This document shows, one piece after another, positions 38,541-47,202 of a stretch of DNA of 64,000 nt (positions are counted from its first letter, which is position 1; every line of letters starts with the position of its first letter). The DNA lies in IMG/VR virus record IMGVR_UViG_3300005611_001698, positions 1-64,000 of that record; one strand, written 5' to 3'. This DNA is from a virus. Its lineage: Duplodnaviria > Caudoviricetes. The notes under the pieces were generated by a model, which was not told the DNA's origin, did no database searches, and saw only the letters and a list, made by a program, of their open reading frames with translations. The translations under genes and the position numbers were made by a program.

Positions 38541-39440
38541 TCATGCCTCAGCGAGTTTCTGGAAGTAACTCAGGGCATCATCTTCATCCTCATCACGTGA
38601 CTCTACAACTGATGCTTCCTTCATGGTAATGTCGGGTGCATTGAAGTCACCGCGATCATTGTCCTCATTATAAGTCTCTTCATCGAAACTACGCTTCGGT
38701 TGAGAAACGCGGAGCACCATGTTCAGACGCTTTTCAAGTTCTTCATAAGACTTGAAACTAGAAGGTGCAGTAAACTCTGTCAAAGAATACTCTCTCTTCC
38801 AGATTGCTTCAAGTGCATCATCGTCATCAAGGAGAGGTGCAGGAGAATCAAACTCTGACTTGTCATAATTCCAGTAGCCATCCACCTTGCGGATTTTGAG
38901 TTTGAAGTTTGCACCTTGCCAGAAATCAAAGGGGTTGATAGGAGTTTCATCTTCAAATTCTGGCTGCATAGCAGCAAGAATCTTGTCGTGAATTTTCTTA
39001 CCATATTTGAACAGGAATACTTTTCCTTCGTTTTCGGGATTGGTAGGGTCCTTTACAACATAAATGTTGCTGTAATAGGACAGTTTACGCTTTTGCTTGC
39101 GGACAGTATCTTTGTCAGCATCACTACCACTGTTCCACAGATCGCGGTTGTACTCAGAGACAGGATCTTTCTGACCAATAGTTGTCAGCGAGTTCTCAAT
39201 GTACCAACCACCAGGACCTTGGAAGGCATGGGAATATACTTTTGCCCAAGGAATATCCTCACTCTCAGGTTGAGGAAGAAAACGAATCACGGCATAACCA
39301 TTACCACTCTTGTCGAGGGATGGTTTCCACAGTCGCTCATCTGCACCACCGCTCTTGACGGCAGTTTTTTCTACCTCAGCAACCAGTTTGGAAGTGAGAG
39401 AACCCAGACGGGACTGTTTTTTAAGATCGGAAAAAGACAT
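38541..39440 (-). CDS. g32: gp32 single-stranded DNA-binding protein
   Basis: DKSGNGYAVIRFLP..HAFQGPGGWYIENSLTT..GANFKLK..NYDKSEF; acidic tail. Confidence 0.95.
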   Translation of the reverse strand: MSFSDLKKQSRLGSLTSKLVAEVEKTAVKSGGADERLWKPSLDKSGNGYAVIRFLPQPESEDIPWAKVYSHAFQGPGGWYIENSLTTIGQKDPVSEYNRDLWNSGSDADKDTVRKQKRKLSYYSNIYVVKDPTNPENEGKVFLFKYGKKIHDKILAAMQPEFEDETPINPFDFWQGANFKLKIRKVDGYWNYDKSEFDSPAPLLDDDDALEAIWKREYSLTEFTAPSSFKSYEELEKRLNMVLRVSQPKRSFDEETYNEDNDRGDFNAPDITMKEASVVESRDEDEDDALSYFQKLAEA

Positions 39441-39479
39441 TTGGATTTGGCTTGTAGTTTGGCTTGTGTGTACTTCGTT

Positions 39480-39509
39480 ATTATAGGACCTAGGTCAGGT
39501 CCCTGTCAA
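39480..39509 (-). promoter_or_regulatory. Sigma70-type promoter of g32
   Basis: TTGACA-18nt-TATAAT. Confidence 0.7.
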
Positions 39510-39828
39510 CCTGTTGGCGCATCGTTTTGAGCATCTTGTCCATATTATTAAACACAACACTCATATCAACATCCGCAGGCATCCCCATCATCCTTGCGGA
39601 CTTGGAGATGTTCTCCTTCATCATCTTTGCCTCAGGATCATCAGAAAGAGATAATCTTGTGTAAAGAACTCTTTGTTTGTCCAGAAGACGTTCAAGAGTT
39701 TTTACATGTTCAATCTTTTCTTCCTTTGTCATCGTTGGAAATTCAAAGACCTTTGTATAAACTTCTTCTTGAAGTTCAGTGATCTCTGTCATTTCTGATC
39801 TAACCACTTCGGAGTCGAAGAAACTCAT
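39490..39828 (-). CDS. DUF1825-like conserved cyanophage protein
   Basis: FFDSEVV..LLDKQRVLYTRLSLSDDPEA. Confidence 0.7.
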   Translation of the reverse strand: MSFFDSEVVRSEMTEITELQEEVYTKVFEFPTMTKEEKIEHVKTLERLLDKQRVLYTRLSLSDDPEAKMMKENISKSARMMGMPADVDMSVVFNNMDKMLKTMRQQVDRDLT

Positions 39829-40415
39829 AAAATTATCTCCTTTAAAATTTTCTTATAACGAAATACATCAATATGTAGGAAGGGAGAATACTTGGTTATA
39901 CGTTTTGATATCAGTACCCAAACTGGATCTGTTAACTTCTTATCGAACTTAGATTTGTATCCAAGTATTCTGTCCAGGATCACCAGAGTTTCAAGTGAAA
40001 TGTTTTGCTTTAAGAATTCCTTGACAATTTGCGGATGTCGATTTTCTTCACTCTTGAAGAAACTATCAAAATCTTTTCCAGAAAAGACGGATCCAATCTC
40101 TCCCTTGAAGATGTATGAGAGTGATTGATTTCTTTTTTGCCAGGCGACATATGTTTTCTCCCCGTTCTTTACAATGTCTGCAATGTAAAGAGATTGTGGA
40201 TCATCACAACTGGCAAAGTTTGCAATAAAAAACTGTTCGATCTCTTCATCACTTTTTTGTCTGGACATTCTTTCAAAGAAATATCTGTCCTTTCTTTTAT
40301 TAAATGCATTGGCAGATGCTTTTACTCTGCCACAATATTTCAAGTAATCATAACTATCTTTCGTGAAGTGTTGCTTCATCGCAAGATAAGTCTTATAGCA
40401 CTCGATTGGCATCAT
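39825..40415 (-). CDS. g59: gp59 helicase loader
   Basis: YKTYLAMKQHFT..YDY.KY.G..F.KRKDRYFF..ISLETL..KYSPF. Confidence 0.88.
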   Translation of the reverse strand: MMPIECYKTYLAMKQHFTKDSYDYLKYCGRVKASANAFNKRKDRYFFERMSRQKSDEEIEQFFIANFASCDDPQSLYIADIVKNGEKTYVAWQKRNQSLSYIFKGEIGSVFSGKDFDSFFKSEENRHPQIVKEFLKQNISLETLVILDRILGYKSKFDKKLTDPVWVLISKRITKYSPFLHIDVFRYKKILKEIIL

Positions 40416-40469
40416 GAAAAAAGTAATAGGTCAAATTTTTACCGGAAAGTTTTTCAGGTAAAAATCAAA

Positions 40470-40727
40470 TCAAAGGGGCAATTTTGCTCTGGAACTTCTC
40501 TTCAAAAAGTTGAGTTCCATAGCATCATACTTCAACTTTTCTTTTAATGGTTTAGATAAAAGTTTAGGTACAGATTCAAGTTCTATTTTGTTTTTATCGC
40601 AGAACACAACGACAGCATCAATATAGTTTAGATCGTCATTTTCATGCACAAGTTTTTCAATTTCTTGTGCGAATTTAGCAGGACCCAAAAACTTTTTTTG
40701 AAAGGCTTCGTCTAGTTCATTTAGCAT
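40470..40727 (-). CDS. g33: gp33 late-transcription coactivator
   Basis: FAQEIEKLV..YIDAVV.FC..IE.ESVPKL.SKPLKEKL..A.ELNFL. Confidence 0.88.
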   Translation of the reverse strand: MLNELDEAFQKKFLGPAKFAQEIEKLVHENDDLNYIDAVVVFCDKNKIELESVPKLLSKPLKEKLKYDAMELNFLKRSSRAKLPL

Positions 40728-41400
40728 TGGTGTAAGATAAATTGTTGGTGACAAATTCTTTAATATAGCGAACTAGTAACTTAATATACTCGTCTTTGTT
40801 TCTTTTGTCAAATACCTTGACCTCTCCACCAGGAGTAACCATTAAAGTAATAAGTTTGGTGACAGGAATGCCCGTCATCTCATAGTACATACATGCGTAT
40901 GCAGTTTCTTGAACAAAATAGTTCTCCAACCACTTCTCTGGTTTGATCTTCTCTGATGTTTTGAAGTCAATGATTGCTAGTTCACCTTCATACTCGCCAA
41001 TACAATCTACTCTACCTGCAAGTCCTAGGTATTCTGAGAAGAGAGTACGTTCAATGGCATGAATATTATTTATCTTATCCAAATATGGCTTGGCATGATG
41101 AAACATAAACTGAGTGGCAGGAAGAAACTCATCCCAATCCAACCGTAAGTTCATGAGATATGCCTGTGCCGCTTCATGAAAATCCGTACCACGTGTGGTT
41201 GCTTTCTTCGTAATTCGATTAGCTTCTTCTTCTCCAATTCTGTTTCGCCACTCAGTAAAAATCTGGCGATTATAAAAAGAAGTGACAGAAGTAATAGAAG
41301 GAACCCAATCACCATTTGGGACTTTATAAAGTCGGCATCCAGGAGTTTCTTTCTTTTCAAGTTCAATGTCACCGAGATAATTATGATGAATAAAATTCAT
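40717..41400 (-). CDS. PD-(D/E)XK exonuclease
   Basis: PSITSV..RGT.FH..LAGRVDCI..IIDFKTS..YFVQ..AYA. Confidence 0.85.
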   Translation of the reverse strand: MNFIHHNYLGDIELEKKETPGCRLYKVPNGDWVPSITSVTSFYNRQIFTEWRNRIGEEEANRITKKATTRGTDFHEAAQAYLMNLRLDWDEFLPATQFMFHHAKPYLDKINNIHAIERTLFSEYLGLAGRVDCIGEYEGELAIIDFKTSEKIKPEKWLENYFVQETAYACMYYEMTGIPVTKLITLMVTPGGEVKVFDKRNKDEYIKLLVRYIKEFVTNNLSYTNAK

Positions 41401-42152
41401 ACCATACCAATTGCGTTCTTTGCAAGAATGTATTCTTTAACAAGACCAGATCGAACAATATCTTCAATACCAAATTCAATCAGTGAGAATGATTCCATCT
41501 TTGTGAGAATGCGGGTGAAATCAGAGATTCCATTCCTTTCAAAGGTTTTTGTCAAATCTGATTGTACTCCATCACCACAGAATACGATGCGGCTATTTTC
41601 ACCAACACGGGTAATGATCGAATCAAGTTCGTGGAAGTTTAGATTCTGACATTCATCGACAATGATGATTGCATTGTCAAGTGTTGTGCCACGAATAAAA
41701 GATGTGGACCAGAAACTAATCGTGCCTTGTGTTTTTAGGTTGCCATACAGCATCTCAAAGTCAGATTCTGTCGGTAACTCAAACATATATTTTACCATAT
41801 TCTTATAAGGAATCTGGTAAAGAGATGACTTGTCCTCATGGTCACCAGGCAGGAAACCAATCTCTCTGGTTGCTACCAGAGATCTAACAATGTAAATCTT
41901 TTCATAGGGTGAGTTGTCAGAAAGAACATCCCTAAGTGCATTGTAAAGGGCAATGAAAGTCTTTCCAGTTCCAGCACACCCATAAGCAAACAAATGTTTT
42001 CCTTCCTTATAATCTTGAAAGAATTTTTCTTGATTATCAGTCAGTGGTTCAATGTCAACCAACAAATCCATGTTGATTGGTTTCTTACGACGCATTTGTT
42101 TTGCAGTGTATCCAACTCCAATCGGGTCGTCGCTCTTTCTCTTTCTAGGCAT
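41397..42152 (-). CDS. phoH: PhoH family ATPase
   Basis: GCAGTGKT, IGFLPG, FIRGTT, IIVDECQN, GD..QSDL, DIVRSGLV. Confidence 0.95.
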   Translation of the reverse strand: MPRKRKSDDPIGVGYTAKQMRRKKPINMDLLVDIEPLTDNQEKFFQDYKEGKHLFAYGCAGTGKTFIALYNALRDVLSDNSPYEKIYIVRSLVATREIGFLPGDHEDKSSLYQIPYKNMVKYMFELPTESDFEMLYGNLKTQGTISFWSTSFIRGTTLDNAIIIVDECQNLNFHELDSIITRVGENSRIVFCGDGVQSDLTKTFERNGISDFTRILTKMESFSLIEFGIEDIVRSGLVKEYILAKNAIGMV

Positions 42153-42155
42153 AAG

Positions 42156-42404
42156 TTAGATCTTAAACTTTTGTCGGGCTGATGGTGCGTTCTGTGCTTT
42201 TTCAAGCACTTCATTCCAACCTGGTTTTGATTTGACGAGTTTGTCTTTCCACTCGCCAACTTCACCAAAACCTGGTGCGTTATCAGGGGTATAGTATCTT
42301 TCCCAATCGGGATTATCTTTACGCCACTGATCCCATTCATGAACGCTCATCACAACATCCTTAGTTTCACCAGTCTCTTTGTGCTTTACGGGGTAAGTTG
42401 CCAT
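42156..42404 (-). CDS. Conserved hypothetical protein (MATYPV...)
   Basis: ORF with an upstream ATAAATA late-promoter motif (42425-42431). Confidence 0.65.
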   Translation of the reverse strand: MATYPVKHKETGETKDVVMSVHEWDQWRKDNPDWERYYTPDNAPGFGEVGEWKDKLVKSKPGWNEVLEKAQNAPSARQKFKI

Positions 42405-42427
42405 ATCAAAACATAATGTGTGTATAT

Positions 42428-43060
42428 TTATGCCCAATCAAGTGCTCTCGCAACTGTGGGATACTGATGTGCAAAGATAGTCTTACACTCCTCTGCAATC
42501 TCCATATGCTCCTTCTGAGTGCCGTTAGCAGACCTCAGAGAGATGTAATGAATCCAACTACGACAAGATCCTGTCATGTAGATTCTAGTGGGTGTAGCAA
42601 GCGGTAGAACAAACCTTGCACATTCCTTAGCAACTCCTGCTTCAAGCATATCTTCATACAGATCTACTGCATGATCAAACTGTAAACGAATACGTTTGCG
42701 GAAAGACTCTGATACATCACGGGGAAGATCATCAATAGAGTTCTGACGATTCTTTGTATCCTGACGACGAAGTTCGGGAATAGAAATCTTACCCAACTCT
42801 GTGCTATCAGCATATCGTTGAGAAAACTCTTGAAACGTAAATGAACGGTGCCGCAAAATTTGTGCCGCAATCGCTCTTGTAGTTTCAATTTGTAGAGTCA
42901 TGTATGCTTGTTCAAACACAGACCAATGCTGATGCTTGATGCAATATTTTAAAAGACCTTCAAAACTTTCATTGTCTTGATTCTTTGGATTGCTCACACG
43001 GGCAATATACGCCATGTTCTGTTCAGGACTTGGTGTTGCCTGAATTAGTTTTACTTTCAT
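42428..43060 (-). CDS. thyX: FAD-dependent thymidylate synthase
   Basis: HWSVFE, RHRSFTFQEFSQRY (RHRx7S motif), KECARFVLP. Confidence 0.95.
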   Translation of the reverse strand: MKVKLIQATPSPEQNMAYIARVSNPKNQDNESFEGLLKYCIKHQHWSVFEQAYMTLQIETTRAIAAQILRHRSFTFQEFSQRYADSTELGKISIPELRRQDTKNRQNSIDDLPRDVSESFRKRIRLQFDHAVDLYEDMLEAGVAKECARFVLPLATPTRIYMTGSCRSWIHYISLRSANGTQKEHMEIAEECKTIFAHQYPTVARALDWA

Positions 43061-43248
43061 CAGCAATCCTCGCAATCCTCTTCTTTATGTTTCTTTCTGA
43101 TCTTTTTAAGTTCTTTCATCTCTTCCTTGATCATTTTGTATGCATCTTCGGAAGAAATCTTTCGTGCCATTTCCATAGCAACGATAATCTCTACTCTCGT
43201 TCCATAATGAGATAGAGCTTTTTCAAAACAGTTTAGTTCTTCGTACAT
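43060..43248 (-). CDS. Hypothetical protein
   Basis: ORF coupled to thyX. Confidence 0.6.
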   Translation of the reverse strand: MYEELNCFEKALSHYGTRVEIIVAMEMARKISSEDAYKMIKEEMKELKKIRKKHKEEDCEDC

Positions 43249-43250
43249 AG

Positions 43251-43433
43251 TTAATCGGGGTAACCATCATCATCGTTAAAGATTTCATCATAACTATCGA
43301 TTGGGACAACTTGATAGTCATCATATTCATCTTTATGTAGATAACTTTCTTCGTCTGAATAAACCTCAGACTTTAAAGATTCGACAAGAAGTTCTAAATT
43401 TTTGACAATCAGTTTGAGCCTGTCTTTGTTCAT
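43251..43433 (-). CDS. Hypothetical protein
   Basis: ORF with an AAGGA RBS behind a sigma70 promoter. Confidence 0.6.
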   Translation of the reverse strand: MNKDRLKLIVKNLELLVESLKSEVYSDEESYLHKDEYDDYQVVPIDSYDEIFNDDDGYPD

Positions 43434-43459
43434 CCTTTCTTGTATGATTTGACAAATTT

Positions 43460-43497
43460 ATTATACACAAAAAAAGAGGGAGTGTCAATCTCCCTCT
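43460..43497 (-). terminator. Terminator with an overlapping sigma70 promoter
   Basis: AGAGGGAG-attgaca-CTCCCTCT-T tract; TTGACA in the loop, 17 nt, then TATAAT. Confidence 0.75.
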
Positions 43498-43505
43498 TTG
43501 ATTAT

Positions 43506-43640
43506 TCACTTTTTGATTTGAGCAAGTTGTGCTTGCTGACGACGCTGTTCTTTTTCAAGTTGATCTTTGATCAGTTGAAGAACATTGATTTTGTGATCTT
43601 CGACATTGTACTTAACACCACGATAAGTTGCGGTAGTCAT
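43506..43640 (-). CDS. DUF4278-like 'downstream peptide' (44 aa)
   Basis: Manual translation MTTATYRGVKYNVEDHKINVLQLIKDQLEKEQRRQQAQLAQIKK; YRGVxY motif; AGGAG RBS. Confidence 0.75.
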   Translation of the reverse strand: MTTATYRGVKYNVEDHKINVLQLIKDQLEKEQRRQQAQLAQIKK

Positions 43641-43699
43641 TTGTTTACTCCTGAATGAATGGGGGGTTTAACCTTTTACCCTTTCGGGTGATCCGTTTC

Positions 43700-43882
43700 C
43701 CGTTCCTTCAATCGTTTGCGTCCCAGTTACAACCTCTTTCTGTTGCGTCTTTAATAGTATTGACAATTTCTACTTTGATTAAATCACTCATGTCTTGATT
43801 AGCCTTTGCCCTAGCAACAAGTTGCTTAGCATCAGCACAAACCAATTCAGCAGAAAGTAAAAATTCTAACATAGGATGAACG
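43700..43882 (-). ncRNA. Glutamine-riboswitch-like aptamer 2, split by an ORF
   Basis: 5' arm CGTTCATCCT (43882-43873) and 3' part GGGACGCAAACGATTGAAGGAACGG (43724-43700), parallel to aptamer 1. Confidence 0.5.
43708..43872 (-). CDS. Small hypothetical protein (54 aa) embedded in the RNA element
   Basis: Manual translation MLEFLLSAELVCADAKQLVARAKANQDMSDLIKVEIVNTIKDATERGCNWDAND. Confidence 0.6.
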   Translation of the reverse strand: MLEFLLSAELVCADAKQLVARAKANQDMSDLIKVEIVNTIKDATERGCNWDAND

Positions 43883-43884
43883 CT

Positions 43885-43925
43885 CCGTTCCGCGATTTAC
43901 TTGCGATCCCAAATGGGATTGAACG
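43885..43925 (-). ncRNA. Glutamine-riboswitch-like aptamer 1 (glnA / Downstream-peptide class)
   Basis: CGTTC-A-ATCCCAttTGGGAT-CGCAAGTAAATCGCG-GAACG: P1 CGUUC/GAACG plus a P2 hairpin, upstream of a YRGVxY peptide. Confidence 0.65.
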
Positions 43926-43932
43926 TAAGGTC

Positions 43933-43984
43933 ATTATAGACCATATGCCTTATATATGCAAGTAGTTTTGTAAAATGTGATACA
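43933..43984 (-). promoter_or_regulatory. Sigma70 promoter with an upstream NtcA-like box
   Basis: TTGCAT-17nt-TATAAT (43961-43933); TGTA-N8-TACA (TGTAAAATGTGATACA) at 43969-43984. Confidence 0.65.
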
Positions 43985-43986
43985 GT

Positions 43987-44145
43987 TTAATCTTCTTCTA
44001 ATAATTTCTTCACACGTGTCTCTGTGCCATCCATCTTTTTGATTTCGTACAGAGGTGACTTCATATATTTTTTGATCTTCTTATACTCTTTGGTCAGTTG
44101 ATTGATGGCATCAAGATCCAAAGTAACTTTATTAAATCCACTCAT
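43987..44145 (-). CDS. Small hypothetical protein
   Basis: 52-aa ORF MSGFNKVTLDLDAINQLTKEYKKIKKYM..., overlapping the upstream stop. Confidence 0.55.
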   Translation of the reverse strand: MSGFNKVTLDLDAINQLTKEYKKIKKYMKSPLYEIKKMDGTETRVKKLLEED

Positions 44146-44405
44146 TTCTTTTTCTTCTTATCTGGTTTCTTGTATCCCCACAGTTTGGGATTTGTTCTAC
44201 CCTCAGTTTGAGTAAACTGAATGAGGTTCTCTCTATACTTGTCCCAGTAATGATCAAAGATATCTACTTTTTTATTGCTCATAACAATATCAAAATGAGT
44301 TGTCTCTCCCTGAACATACTCTACGAGATATGTTGTGTATGGAAGAGACTTATCATCTGATAAAGATGGATCGCAATCTTGATGGATAATTTTGATTGAA
44401 CCCAT
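44142..44405 (-). CDS. Hypothetical protein
   Basis: Tightly packed ORF. Confidence 0.65.
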   Translation of the reverse strand: MGSIKIIHQDCDPSLSDDKSLPYTTYLVEYVQGETTHFDIVMSNKKVDIFDHYWDKYRENLIQFTQTEGRTNPKLWGYKKPDKKKKK

Positions 44406-44893
44406 CAAGAGCGTCCTCCCCATTGAATATCAGGGTAAGCTTCTTCAATGTGACCGCGACTGATATTGTACTTATCAATCAGTTGCTTATCCTTAACAAG
44501 AATCAGGAGATCTGCTTCTTCTGGGTGAAGACCTTCCAGCATCTGAATGAAGATGGTTTCACGACGAGTCTTGGAAAGTTTATCGTTACCACCTTTCACA
44601 AAGTTGTAGAAACTGCGCTGTTCGCTCCTCAGAGACGTGTGCTCAGTTCCTTTGGGGGCTTCATTGGGTTTGTATGGAACAGGACCCTGTGGAAGGGCAG
44701 AGATGACACTATCATCAAAGTTCCAAATCAAAAGAGAAACCAGAGCATCATTACGATACTCTTTCAAAATCTCGATTTTTTTTGCTCTGGTTCTTGCTTT
44801 TGATACCAATTCCAAAATTTCACTTTGAAATGGATTTGGAGGAAGTTCGACTCTTTTAGTCGTCGTCTTCGTAGTCGTCGTAGTCTTCGGCAT
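44405..44893 (-). CDS. Conserved T4-like cyanophage hypothetical protein
   Basis: LPQGPVPY..FVKGGN..RRETIFIQMLEGLHPEEA. Confidence 0.7.
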   Translation of the reverse strand: MPKTTTTTKTTTKRVELPPNPFQSEILELVSKARTRAKKIEILKEYRNDALVSLLIWNFDDSVISALPQGPVPYKPNEAPKGTEHTSLRSEQRSFYNFVKGGNDKLSKTRRETIFIQMLEGLHPEEADLLILVKDKQLIDKYNISRGHIEEAYPDIQWGGRS

Positions 44894-45092
44894 TTTCAAA
44901 TCTCACTGCGAGTACTGTATCGGGAATCACGTTGCCGTCTTCATCAAGGAATTCGGGATGTAGATTCACTGTGTCTGGATGATATGGTGTGGTCTTAATG
45001 ACATGTTCTTTTGCCAACCAACCTACCATACCTCCTACAAAAAAGAACATTATAGAAACTAATGTGCTAATTGTCAAGATCGTTGCGACCAT
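44856..45092 (-). CDS. Small membrane protein
   Basis: N-terminal hydrophobic helix; HPEFLDEDGN; AGGAG RBS. Confidence 0.65.
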   Translation of the reverse strand: MVATILTISTLVSIMFFFVGGMVGWLAKEHVIKTTPYHPDTVNLHPEFLDEDGNVIPDTVLAVRFENAEDYDDYEDDD

Positions 45093-45110
45093 CTTCCTAC
45101 TCCTTGTTTT

Positions 45111-45245
45111 TTAGGGTTTCCTTATATCGAAGGAAAAGTTTAGGAAAATGTGAAACTCTCTTTTCAGGAAAGAAACCATCTTCCCAAACTTGATTTGGAA
45201 TGTTTTTGGTTCCTCCTGTTCTTTTTTTGTTTTCTTTCGGAGCAT
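45111..45245 (-). CDS. Small hypothetical protein
   Basis: ATAAATA motif and GGAG RBS precede the ATG at 45245. Confidence 0.5.
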   Translation of the reverse strand: MLRKKTKKEQEEPKTFQIKFGKMVSFLKREFHIFLNFSFDIRKP

Positions 45246-45273
45246 TAGCTCCACACCTTTATTTATCTGCAAA

Positions 45274-45618
45274 TCAGGATTTTTTCTTTCGTCCTGGTCT
45301 CTTGTTTTTTTCATAACGTGTCGCATCCTCTAAAATACCACAAAGGTAGTTTCTAATCTTACGCGCACGTGGTTTAGGTATGTGTCCATAACCCTCACGT
45401 AGTTGTTTGTGAACATTGTCATTACCACCTTTTAAGTATTCATCCAGTTCAATAATAAGATCACCAAGTTCAGCAGCAACTGAACTCTTAATGAATAATG
45501 TCATATCTTTCTTAGTCATGTTCGATGACTTTGCATATTGATAAAGGTTGAGTACATACTTATCCTCACGGAATGCATAGTCAATAGCAGTTTCGACGAC
45601 GTAAAAAAGATCTTCCAT
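45274..45618 (-). CDS. Hypothetical protein
   Basis: Coupled to nrdC; LREGYGHIPKP.ARKI. Confidence 0.65.
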   Translation of the reverse strand: MEDLFYVVETAIDYAFREDKYVLNLYQYAKSSNMTKKDMTLFIKSSVAAELGDLIIELDEYLKGGNDNVHKQLREGYGHIPKPRARKIRNYLCGILEDATRYEKNKRPGRKKKS

Positions 45619-45860
45619 TAATCGGGCAAGTGTTTTTGTTCTCTTAGAAATCTAATAGTATCAGCACATCCACCAATCTTTTGTTCACCAAAAATTACTT
45701 GTGGAAAAGTGGCACCTTCACCATACTCATCATAGAAAGCTTCTTTGGTAAAGTCTCTATCTAACTTATAAACAACATGTTTTACCTCAGTAAATTGCAT
45801 CAACTGTTCAATCTTAGAGCAATAAGGACAGTTGTCTTTGGAATAAATCGTAAACGTCAT
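45618..45860 (-). CDS. nrdC: Glutaredoxin
   Basis: CPYC, TFPQV, IGG. Confidence 0.9.
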   Translation of the reverse strand: MTFTIYSKDNCPYCSKIEQLMQFTEVKHVVYKLDRDFTKEAFYDEYGEGATFPQVIFGEQKIGGCADTIRFLREQKHLPD

Positions 45861-45888
45861 AATCGATTACAAATTGATTTTATTTATT

Positions 45889-45943
45889 AAAAAAGAGGGT
45901 CACGTGACCCTCTTAGTATATTAGGATTCTTAATAACTGTCAA
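45889..45943 (-). terminator. psbA terminator with a sigma70 promoter immediately upstream
   Basis: AAGAGGGTCACGTGACCCTCTT-T tract; TTGACA-17nt-TATACT at 45943-45915. Confidence 0.7.
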
Positions 45944-45961
45944 GTATTGAGAATCTTAATA

Positions 45962-47041
45962 TCATCCAATCACTGGTGCTTTGAGTGCCACAGGAGTGGA
46001 TTCAACGGAGGCAAGATCCAAGGGGAAGTTGTGAGCATTTCTTTCATGCATAACTTCGAGTCCAAGGTTTGCTCTGTTGAGGATGTCAGCCCAAGTTGGG
46101 ATGACACGGTTCTGACTATCAATAAGAGACTGATTGAAGTTGAAACCATTAAGGTTAAAGGCCATAGTAGACACGCCAAGAGCAGTGAACCAGATGCCAA
46201 TAACAGGCCAAGCAGCCAGAAAAAAGTGAAGGCTACGGGAGTTATTAAACGATGCATATTGGAAGATCAGGCGACCGAAGTATCCATGAGCAGCCACGAT
46301 GTTGTAGGTCTCTTCTTCTTGACCGAACTTGTAACCATAATTCTGACTTACTTCTTCGGTGGTTTCACGGATGAGTGAAGACGTGACCAGACTTCCGTGC
46401 ATAGCACTAAACAGAGCGCCACCAAATACCCCAGCAACCCCAAGCATATGGAACGGATGCATAAGAATGTTGTGTTCTGCTTGGAAGACGAGCATGAAGT
46501 TAAACGTGCCCGAGATTCCAAGAGGCATTCCATCAGAGAAGGAACCTTGACCGAAAGGATAAACAAGGAACACCGCAGAAGCAGCAGCAACAGGAGCAGA
46601 GTAAGCAACAAAAATCCAGGGGCGCATCCCAAGACGATAACTAAGTTCCCATTCACGACCCATGTAGCAGAAAACACCAATCAGGAAGTGGAATACAACC
46701 AGTTGGTAAGGACCACCATTATATAGCCATTCGTCAAGTGATCCAGCTTCCCAGATGGGATAAAGGTGAAGTCCGATAGCGTTAGAAGAAGGAACAACAG
46801 CACCAGAGATGATGTTGTTTCCGTAGAGAAGTGAACCAGCAACAGGTTCACGGATGCCGTCGATGTCCACAGGAGGAGCAGCGACGAAGGCAACGATGAA
46901 ACAGATAGCAGCAGCGAGCAGCGTAGGAATCATCAGTGTGCCAAACCAACCAACATACAAACGGTTATTGGTTGAAGTCACCCAAGAACAAAACTGTTCC
47001 CAGTTAGAAGTAGAACGTTGTTGTGAAAGTGTAGCAGTCAT
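45962..47041 (-). CDS. psbA: Photosystem II D1 protein
   Basis: Full-length D1: [35 protein letters not shown]; phage-type RETTEEVSQ loop. Confidence 0.99.
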   Translation of the reverse strand: MTATLSQQRSTSNWEQFCSWVTSTNNRLYVGWFGTLMIPTLLAAAICFIVAFVAAPPVDIDGIREPVAGSLLYGNNIISGAVVPSSNAIGLHLYPIWEAGSLDEWLYNGGPYQLVVFHFLIGVFCYMGREWELSYRLGMRPWIFVAYSAPVAAASAVFLVYPFGQGSFSDGMPLGISGTFNFMLVFQAEHNILMHPFHMLGVAGVFGGALFSAMHGSLVTSSLIRETTEEVSQNYGYKFGQEEETYNIVAAHGYFGRLIFQYASFNNSRSLHFFLAAWPVIGIWFTALGVSTMAFNLNGFNFNQSLIDSQNRVIPTWADILNRANLGLEVMHERNAHNFPLDLASVESTPVALKAPVIG

Positions 47042-47059
47042 TGTTTTAACTAGAAAGTA

Positions 47060-47150
47060 AAACCATCAGGGAAATGGTGGTGTTACTATTCCTCAGGCAC
47101 CCTCATCCTGAGGTATGAGAGACGTGTTTATACTCCCCATAGGTCTCGGT
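47060..47150 (-). ncRNA. PhotoRC-II-like structured psbA 5' leader
   Basis: Hairpins GAGAC..GTCTC, CCTCAGG..CCTGAGG and ACCAcCA..TGaTGGT, with complementary loops (GAGGG/TCCCT); the family is known upstream of cyanophage psbA. Confidence 0.7.
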
Positions 47151-47202
47151 TAATGAGAGTTGCAACTGTTTAAGAAACGTTACATTCCTTAACGTGTTGA
47201 TG

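Noticed and set aside
40717-41400. Cas4-like nuclease suggesting CRISPR-Cas
   Set aside because: It is the core T4-like exonuclease between phoH and g33; no repeat-spacer array was seen in the window
41397-42450. Pho box upstream of phoH
   Set aside because: No convincing tandem PhoB-type repeat could be identified
45947-47060. Plus-strand ORFs antisense to psbA
   Set aside because: Shadow ORFs of a highly conserved gene
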